Source: Gammaproteobacteria bacterium (GTDB lineage: Bacteria; Pseudomonadota; Gammaproteobacteria; GCA-001735895). From it: a stretch of DNA of 64,000 nt. The notes under the pieces were generated by a model. The model was given only the letters and a program-made list of their open reading frames with translations. It was not told the DNA's origin and made no database searches. The translations under genes and the position numbers were made by a program. The stretch is taken from contig JAUVCH010000003.1 in assembly GCA_030595795.1 (NCBI GenBank), positions 1,173 through 65,172 on the forward strand. The letters are read 5' to 3'. Of the stretch, positions 9,051-15,682 are shown one piece after another (position 1 is the first letter of the stretch; every line of letters begins with the position of its first letter).

Positions 9051-9878
9051 TTACCTCAGCGCAATAATTTCGATTGGTGCAATTCTTTCCGCAGCAATAT
9101 TCTCAACCATATTTTTTAATTTAACCGGCGTCGACGCCCGCATCAGAGTATGCAACCCAAGCGGTGGTGGATTGCCTTTAGCCCTGGTGTTTTCTTTTAT
9201 CTGCTTGAAAAACTCAAGACTGAACTCGCGACGATTATTGATTATTCCGGCTTTGAATCCTGCCTGTTCGAGAGCCTGCTGATATTGATCCGATGACGCC
9301 AGGTTGCTTGTACTCGCATCTGCCGCCCAGGGAACTGGGTAAGCCAGATCACTATCTCCGGTTCTCATAATATCGTAAATGCCGAACCTGGAACCCGGCT
9401 TGAGTACACGGTAGGCTTCCTTGAAAAGCGCATACTTATCGGCGATATTCATGCCAACATGCAGCATTAGTGCACCATCAAAAGATTCGTCTTCGAAAGG
9501 TAGAGACAATATGCTGCCCTGCTGCAAGCTAACCTGGTTACTCAGCCCAACCCAGCGATTGAGCTCGTTGCCGGTATCTATAAACTCCTGCGTCAGGTCA
9601 AGCCCGGTAACCCTGGCATTGAACTGACTGGCAATGTAACGCGAGGCACCACCCAGACCACAACCCATATCGAGAATATGATGCCTCGAGTTAAAGTTTA
9701 ACTGGCCGAGTAAGTTCTTGGTGGCGATTCTACCGCCGATATGGAACTCATCCACTGGCGCTAAATCATCGATAGACAACTTGTCTGTCGTCTTCCCCAT
9801 CTGGGTAATGGCAGCTTTAATATCGCCGATAAGATTTCCGTGCGTATAGTGCTCTGCGACAAGGCCCTCGCCTGACAT
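9051..9878 (-). CDS. Class I SAM-dependent methyltransferase
   Basis: SAM motif I is ILDMGCGLGGASRYIA and the post-I acidic residue is present (VTGLDLT). The ORF is open to 9926, but the ATG at 9876-9878 has a strong RBS (GGAGAGGAGAAATC-ATG). Confidence 0.8.
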   Translation of the reverse strand: MSGEGLVAEHYTHGNLIGDIKAAITQMGKTTDKLSIDDLAPVDEFHIGGRIATKNLLGQLNFNSRHHILDMGCGLGGASRYIASQFNARVTGLDLTQEFIDTGNELNRWVGLSNQVSLQQGSILSLPFEDESFDGALMLHVGMNIADKYALFKEAYRVLKPGSRFGIYDIMRTGDSDLAYPVPWAADASTSNLASSDQYQQALEQAGFKAGIINNRREFSLEFFKQIKENTRAKGNPPPLGLHTLMRASTPVKLKNMVENIAAERIAPIEIIALR

Positions 9879-9953
9879 GATTTCTCCTCTCCATTTTCCT
9901 TTGGGCAGAAAGGCTTCTGCGTTCACTCATACGGAATCAGGCCATTCTATCAG

Positions 9954-11975
9954 CTAATCATCCCCACACATCGAAATAAGATAATTAAGATCACGCCAGC
10001 CAATCCGTGTATCGGGCGCGTTGGCCCCAGCAAAATAATCGAATCCCCTTTGATCAGCAACACCGCCGAGTCGCTGATAAAAATCAACCGCCTGCTGATT
10101 GGCATCGAAAACACGTAAGCAAACAGATTTGACACCACCCGTCAATAATCTTTGAACAGCGTCCGCGATTAGCCGTGTGCCTATACCTTTGCCCTGCATT
10201 CGGCTATGAACGTGCAATGCTTCGATCATTGCATCGTAGTCTGGGTCGGCGTTTCTCGCAAGCCAGATAAATCCGGTCAGCGCTCCACCGCTTCTGGTGA
10301 TTAGCACTAGATCACCCTGCGGCAGGTTGCTTAGTTTTTGCTGCCAGTATTCTCTACGCTCATTTTCTATTTCATTGTCTAAATAGTTTTTTGGCAATAT
10401 ATCTTTATAGAAAATTCTCCAGCTAGCGGTATGCAACGCCGCAATAGCATCAGCGTCTTCGGGACTAGCGCTTTTGATCAGCGTTTGTGGAAACAGCATA
10501 TCTTCAGAGACATTTTTGAACGGCAAGGTCATCAGGTTTGACGATGCAGGGCCAGGGGTTTCTACTTCGATTATGCGATTAAATGCATCTGAGAAGGCTG
10601 CACGAAAATGGTTTTTAGCCTTTACATAGGTCACCGTGAAGTCGGCTGGGTTAAAATCGTGTAGCTCGAAATAAGCTTTGTCATTTACTGGAATGTTCCT
10701 GGAGGTGACAATAATGCTGACTTTACCAACCATCATAACTGCTGTTTGACCAAGGTCGACAGTGAGCCCTTTCTCCATTGGGCCCAGGTTGATAAATCGG
10801 CCATTGGTCAGTCGCTCAACTTTGGCGCTGACTAAAACCGGTTGACCAAAAATATCCGTTAACTTACCTCCAAAGGCACAATCAAACATGGCACCGATAC
10901 CAGCCTGATGAGCCTGAGCTGCAATATCTGGATCCCAGAAAAATGCGAACAATGTTGGAAACCCAAAGCCGATATCGATAGCTGCACGAAGCAATCCTGG
11001 TGTATCTGCCCCACCACCAGAGAAAATATTATCGGACGGCTCTAAAATCACTACAGGAGCCGGATTATTATTTGCCAACTCTTTGGTTAAAGCCTTTAAA
11101 ACAAAATCCGGAGACGGTAGATTTACGTCAAAGTTTTCAGCCTGCACCAGAAAGTTTCTGGCCAGTCGATTAATCTCTTTGGCCGAACTGGCATGCCCTT
11201 TTTCAGAACACAGGGTAATCGCGGCTCCAGTTTGCGGACTGTCAGCATAAACAAAACCACCAAAGGCACTGACATCATAAAAACCATATTCGATTTCCGA
11301 TGATCTGACCTCATCCAATATCCCGGCCATAGGCCCAGAAGCAGTCTGCATATTAAAACTAGTTGGTGCGAACCCAGCTGGAACAATCAATGTTTCTGGG
11401 TTTATTTCACCCTTCATACGTCTACCCAGCAAAGCCAGCGCCTTTTCGCCAGTTTCCAGCATATCAACATGTGGGTAAGTCTTATATCCAACAATAATAT
11501 CTGCTAAATGTCCGATATCAGGATCGATATTGGCATGGAGATCAAACGTGACGGCTATCGGTATTGTGCCAACTTTGTGTCGGATACTTTGTAGTAATGC
11601 TAGTTCCGGGTTTTCCGTATCCGCAGTGACCGAGCTACCATGCAATGAGACATAAACACCATCCCATTCCTGTCCAGACAAGCCTTCTTCGACATAACTC
11701 ATTATTTTATTAAATAGACCCGAAACCATAGGCCCTGCCGGATAAGCAGCAGCACAGAATATATAGCTCGCCTGTATTTCAGGATTATCCTCGACAAGCC
11801 CTTCAACAGCAGCCGTTTCGATATTGGTGCCGTGATAAAAATCTCTCGCGGCTGAGCCTGATAGCCATTCGCGAGCCCGAAACATTTCGGCGTCGGCAGG
11901 CACCGGCGAGAAAGCATTACCCTCGTACCAGAAGCGGATAATTGCCAGATGTTTGATGTTAGAGGTACAACCCAT
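9954..11975 (-). CDS. M81 (MlrC/microcystinase C-like) metallopeptidase fused to a C-terminal GNAT acetyltransferase domain
   Basis: The N-terminal ~500 aa resemble the MlrC N and C domains (LAIIRFWYEGNAFSP..., HGSSVTAD, TYPHVDM). The last ~170 aa are a GNAT fold with the acetyl-CoA motif MQGKGIGTRL. The start is taken at MGCTSNIKH (ATG 11973-11975), although the ORF is open to 12044. Confidence 0.75.
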   Translation of the reverse strand: MGCTSNIKHLAIIRFWYEGNAFSPVPADAEMFRAREWLSGSAARDFYHGTNIETAAVEGLVEDNPEIQASYIFCAAAYPAGPMVSGLFNKIMSYVEEGLSGQEWDGVYVSLHGSSVTADTENPELALLQSIRHKVGTIPIAVTFDLHANIDPDIGHLADIIVGYKTYPHVDMLETGEKALALLGRRMKGEINPETLIVPAGFAPTSFNMQTASGPMAGILDEVRSSEIEYGFYDVSAFGGFVYADSPQTGAAITLCSEKGHASSAKEINRLARNFLVQAENFDVNLPSPDFVLKALTKELANNNPAPVVILEPSDNIFSGGGADTPGLLRAAIDIGFGFPTLFAFFWDPDIAAQAHQAGIGAMFDCAFGGKLTDIFGQPVLVSAKVERLTNGRFINLGPMEKGLTVDLGQTAVMMVGKVSIIVTSRNIPVNDKAYFELHDFNPADFTVTYVKAKNHFRAAFSDAFNRIIEVETPGPASSNLMTLPFKNVSEDMLFPQTLIKSASPEDADAIAALHTASWRIFYKDILPKNYLDNEIENERREYWQQKLSNLPQGDLVLITRSGGALTGFIWLARNADPDYDAMIEALHVHSRMQGKGIGTRLIADAVQRLLTGGVKSVCLRVFDANQQAVDFYQRLGGVADQRGFDYFAGANAPDTRIGWRDLNYLISMCGDD

Positions 11976-12966
11976 CGTAACTGGTCGATCCAGCCTCTCG
12001 ATGCCATAAACGATAAAGATGACGCTTGCGTTCGGGCTCGTCAAAATCTTCGAATTCGCTGCGATAATGCCCGACTTCGTGATTATTCAAATATTGGATC
12101 TGGCCGCGCTGCAGTGGTGCTTCGTACCAGAGATCTTCGCTCGCGCTGATTTCGTCGATGGCATCCAGCGCCTGGGCTAATTCATCGTCCATGGCTTCGT
12201 TGCTAATTTCGTATCCCTTTCGTACCAGCGATGAGTTGGCTCGCGCAAACAATCGATTATTACGCCAGCTGAAGTAAGGCGCCAGACATACCGGTTCGGC
12301 GCCCTCGCAGTGTTCCTTTTGTCGGTCGAAAAGCATCGGCTGATAAAGTCGCGCCAGTAGTCGTGGATATTGATCCATCATGCGCTGATGTACCGAGTAG
12401 AGACTACAAATACGGCTAATGCCTCCGCTTTTAGCCGGATTACGACAAAACAGGCCGACGTAATCGGGCACCAAGCGCGCAAACGCATTATCAGTATGAA
12501 ACAGCAGTTCGACCGAGGTATGCGACCCGCGAACGCCATAGGCAAATTCCTTCCCAGTATCAGATACGTCGTAAATCATTTGACCGTTCCATTTTTGTGC
12601 GACCGGACGACCAATACACTGGCCCAATAGCCAGTAAATCTCGACGATTGTTTCAATTGGATACTCATCGACCGGTAGCCTGTCGAGCACGGCGAACCCG
12701 ACTCCATCATCGAGGATCGACTTCATCGCTGCCATTGATGCTAGACAGGCTGGAATGGCGACATCTTCGACTCGACGCTGTAACTGCTGCAATGGGTTGT
12801 CTTGAATAAAATTGGCTAATTGATAAATCTCGTCAAGCGCCTGATCGGCCAGCTCGACACGCCAGTCATTGTCTTTTAGATCGCTCGCCAACCATACGAG
12901 TCGACTCGATGACGGGCTACGAATCTCGGATACTTCGTTTCGACAGTCAAGAAACTCCACTTGCAT
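11959..12966 (-). CDS. TauD/TfdA-family Fe(II)/2-oxoglutarate-dependent dioxygenase
   Basis: 335 aa. The HxD facial-triad motif sits in LLFHTDNAF, a distal His lies in the NNHEVGHYR region, and length and layout fit the TauD/gamma-butyrobetaine-hydroxylase-like clade. Confidence 0.75.
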   Translation of the reverse strand: MQVEFLDCRNEVSEIRSPSSSRLVWLASDLKDNDWRVELADQALDEIYQLANFIQDNPLQQLQRRVEDVAIPACLASMAAMKSILDDGVGFAVLDRLPVDEYPIETIVEIYWLLGQCIGRPVAQKWNGQMIYDVSDTGKEFAYGVRGSHTSVELLFHTDNAFARLVPDYVGLFCRNPAKSGGISRICSLYSVHQRMMDQYPRLLARLYQPMLFDRQKEHCEGAEPVCLAPYFSWRNNRLFARANSSLVRKGYEISNEAMDDELAQALDAIDEISASEDLWYEAPLQRGQIQYLNNHEVGHYRSEFEDFDEPERKRHLYRLWHREAGSTSYDGLYL

Positions 12967-12970
12967 AACC

Positions 12971-13387
12971 CTAGTCTCGCTCTACAGTAACCAGGCCTTC
13001 TTCGGGCTTAACCGTGACTCGATCGCCTGTCTGAATCAGTTGTGTTACATCGCCTGCTACAAAGCGGTCGCACATCGCCATGTCCGCAAGCGCCGCGCCC
13101 TGTGCCAGAATAGGATTAACACTATTAAACAGGATCGCCTTCGGGGCAATGTTACGCGATGCCATTTCGTGTAACATCCAGGCTGAGGCTACACCGCCTT
13201 TAGCTGTGTTGAACACCATGATTTTATCGACATAACTTTGCCCTGCGAGTTTGTGCTGGGGTCTTGAAAATATACCCGCAATACGATCCAGGTCGTAACG
13301 CGCCGAAAAATTATCGTCGGTAACCAGCGCTTCGCCGCTAACTTCGGGACCGACACCAATATGGCAGCGTAATTCGATAGTAGCCAT
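12971..13387 (-). CDS. Aconitase X swivel-domain small subunit (DUF126)
   Basis: 138 aa (GEALVTDDNFSARYD..., FNTAKGGVASAW). Its ATG overlaps the stop of the large subunit (TAATG at 13385-13389). Confidence 0.8.
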   Translation of the reverse strand: MATIELRCHIGVGPEVSGEALVTDDNFSARYDLDRIAGIFSRPQHKLAGQSYVDKIMVFNTAKGGVASAWMLHEMASRNIAPKAILFNSVNPILAQGAALADMAMCDRFVAGDVTQLIQTGDRVTVKPEEGLVTVERD

Positions 13388-14631
13388 TACACGACCTCCC
13401 CGGCTATTGCCGATGCCACACAGTTTTCCATATTCGACAGGGTTGGCTGGTAACCGTAGCCACCGATGATATTGGTTAACTTGGCGGAGTTCGTCATCAG
13501 TCGCTTCCAGCCATTGGCTTCACCCATCTCACGAGCATAGCTCTGGTAAAAACACATACCTTCGAGCACTAAGCCACCGGATGATTCTATGCGTTCAACA
13601 AACCCGGCACGCCGGGCATCAGCCGCCACCGCAGGACTAGTCACCGCGAGCAGGCTGGTATCATGATGAATTTTTTTATCGTCGAGTAAATTGGCCAACG
13701 ACTGCATTTCTAGCAGGGATAACTGCGGCGCGGAAAATACCACCACATCCACTTTATCCCCCTTGCCTCCGTAGCGGTCAAAAAAAGCATCAACATCAGC
13801 TTCGGTGACCAATTCAGCAACCAGTGCCTTCGGGTCGCTAACTGAGTCCAGCGTCGGTGCTTCGGGTGTTATACCAACCAGGTGAAACAACGGCACCGAA
13901 CCGTAACTGGCCATCGCTGCACCGAAATGTTTCAGTTCATCCGACCCTGGTTGGGATTCGATACCATCGATCACCGGCACATCCCAATATGAACCCGTAC
14001 GCGCACCAATTATCCCACCGAGCGCTCCCCAGTCGGACAAAGACTGCGGTTGCCATTCAACATTAAAACGTTTTGTCGCTCGACGATTCTGCTCTAGATG
14101 AAGTCCGTAACGCGGTGTTCGACCAGTTAGTCCGGCTGCCAGAGACGACGGCCCACCTTCGAAGTTCGAATGCGCACCCAGCACACTATTACAATAAATC
14201 ACCACACCAGTATCGCCAAACGCCAGGTGTTCACCACGCACCGGCGGCATGATGGTTTGATAATTAATACAGGTATTGGTCATGACGATACCGAGCGCCT
14301 CGAAGGCGTCGATGGTACGTTGTTCCAAACTTGCCATTAAATCGGTTTGCTTAAGGCGTTTGTAGTGACAAAAATCGATGCCCCTGGGATCAGTAATCAT
14401 GGGGATACGCACCAGCCTGTCAACCAGAGGAGCCGCCGCCATGTCTTCGAGAAATACCACACCGGCTTCACCGAGCGACTCGGTGTCCGCCATAATATGT
14501 GCCTGAGTGACTTCGACATAATCGGGGGCATCAAAAAACCGGCCTACCTGTAGCATATGCTCCATAGCCCAACGCCGTGGCTCTCCATACTCACCGGCGA
14601 GCATCGACTGTTCTTCTTTGTTTAGCTGCAT
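13387..14631 (-). CDS. Aconitase X catalytic large subunit (DUF521)
   Basis: The typical N-terminus MQLNKEEQSMLAGEYGEPRRWAMEHM starts at ATG 14629-14631. The 81 upstream codons of the ORF (to 14874) look non-coding. DUF521-like sequence runs throughout (AHIMADTES, CINYQ, GDTGVVIYCNSVLGAHSNFEGGPS). Confidence 0.85.
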   Translation of the reverse strand: MQLNKEEQSMLAGEYGEPRRWAMEHMLQVGRFFDAPDYVEVTQAHIMADTESLGEAGVVFLEDMAAAPLVDRLVRIPMITDPRGIDFCHYKRLKQTDLMASLEQRTIDAFEALGIVMTNTCINYQTIMPPVRGEHLAFGDTGVVIYCNSVLGAHSNFEGGPSSLAAGLTGRTPRYGLHLEQNRRATKRFNVEWQPQSLSDWGALGGIIGARTGSYWDVPVIDGIESQPGSDELKHFGAAMASYGSVPLFHLVGITPEAPTLDSVSDPKALVAELVTEADVDAFFDRYGGKGDKVDVVVFSAPQLSLLEMQSLANLLDDKKIHHDTSLLAVTSPAVAADARRAGFVERIESSGGLVLEGMCFYQSYAREMGEANGWKRLMTNSAKLTNIIGGYGYQPTLSNMENCVASAIAGEVV

Positions 14632-14893
14632 ATTTAATCTCTCTGAAGATACTAATTTGTTAAATCGATTGTAAAAGCTGGGGGGATTAATTGAAAGCTG
14701 GTTTGGATCAATGGGATCAAGGTAATCGATCACAAACCAGGATCGTAGGATGCGGTATACCCCACTGGGCATAAAAGGTACGAACCGCATCGATCGAGAA
14801 ATACAATCCAACACCAAAACATGTAGATCAAGGCGTCTACCCTTTGAATTGGGCCTGCGATATCGATGAGTCAATCAATTATGGAGAATAACG

Positions 14894-15481
14894 CTATAAC
14901 AAGCCTTTAACTTGTACCCCAGGAACATTGTCTCTGAAGCCTTTTGCAGTGCTTTGATCGCAGAAAATTGAAATCCTAATGAATTCACATTCGTCAACGG
15001 TACAGTTTTTCAAGACAGTAAGCCCTGCTAGATTTACATTATTTGGAAGAGCAATAACATCACCGCATTCTAGGAATCCGGTATTACTAAAGTTGCCACC
15101 TAGTATTCCTATTGCAGAAGGGCCAACAAATTTACAACGTTTGAAATGTTTATTTTCATGAAGTTGTATAGTAGGAAGCTGTAATGCACCCACGGGAATT
15201 ACCTTATCTTGAAATGCGTTTTCGAGAGAATTTATAGAAAAGCTTTCTGCTTTCTCACGTGTAATTTCTTCTTTTTTTCTTATTTCCCAAACCGAATAAA
15301 ATAAGGCTCCAATAGCTACTGCGGTTTCTACGAGAAAGGTATTAATAAGCAAGGCTCTTTCACTATCTCTTACTTCGCCAAAACCAAAAAATAACATTCC
15401 CAAAGTGCCTAAAGCAGTTAAACAATAGATGCCAAGGAATGAATATAGTAGAAGAGCTTTTGCTTTAATATTCTGTTCCAT
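14894..15481 (-). CDS. Hypothetical membrane-anchored protein (two N-terminal TM helices plus a Cys-containing C-terminal domain); visibly AT-rich orphan
   Basis: 195-aa ORF with two clear TM helices, a charged linker and a ~100-aa C-terminal domain. No family is recognised. Its composition is clearly more AT-rich than its neighbours. Confidence 0.5.
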   Translation of the reverse strand: MEQNIKAKALLLYSFLGIYCLTALGTLGMLFFGFGEVRDSERALLINTFLVETAVAIGALFYSVWEIRKKEEITREKAESFSINSLENAFQDKVIPVGALQLPTIQLHENKHFKRCKFVGPSAIGILGGNFSNTGFLECGDVIALPNNVNLAGLTVLKNCTVDECEFIRISIFCDQSTAKGFRDNVPGVQVKGLL

Positions 15482-15516
15482 TAATATTCCTAGCCTCTAT
15501 TAACTAACACATAACA

Positions 15517-15580
15517 CAGGTGATTATGTGACTGCCACGAATACTGAACATATGTGACTGTTTGTTCTCATCATATTCTC
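15517..15580 (+). repeat. Intergenic modular repeat, copy A (the partner in inverted orientation is at 41671-41757)
   Basis: CAGGTGATTATGTGACTGCCACGAATACTGAACATATGTGACTGTTTGTTCTCATCATATTCTC. It shares an 11-nt and a 21-nt perfect block (TTATGTGACTG; ATATGTGACTGTTTGTTCTCA) with the reverse complement of 41671-41757. Confidence 0.65.
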
Positions 15581-15682
15581 AAGAAATGGTTTATATAACA
15601 ATGTCTGGAGTTGCCCAAAACCACCAGCCCCCCAAAGGAAAATAAACAACTCCTAACGGGAATCCAACCTTCCGATTCAGCC

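Noticed and set aside
14632-14874. Long N-terminal extensions offered by the ORF track. Besides this one, the same pattern occurs at 28542-28799, 39964-40071, 57492-57845, 11976-12044, 3218-3262, 42818-42862 and 56890-56934.
   Set aside because: In each case an internal start gives the family-typical N-terminus. These starts often have a good RBS or an ATGA/TAATG coupling, while the extension overlaps a neighbouring gene or looks non-protein-like.
14894-15682. An integron-style gene cassette, with the adjacent repeat acting as an attC site.
   Set aside because: The repeat is built from direct sub-repeats, not a self-complementary R''-L''/L'-R' structure. I see no GTTRRRY/RYYYAAC core pair and no integron integrase.
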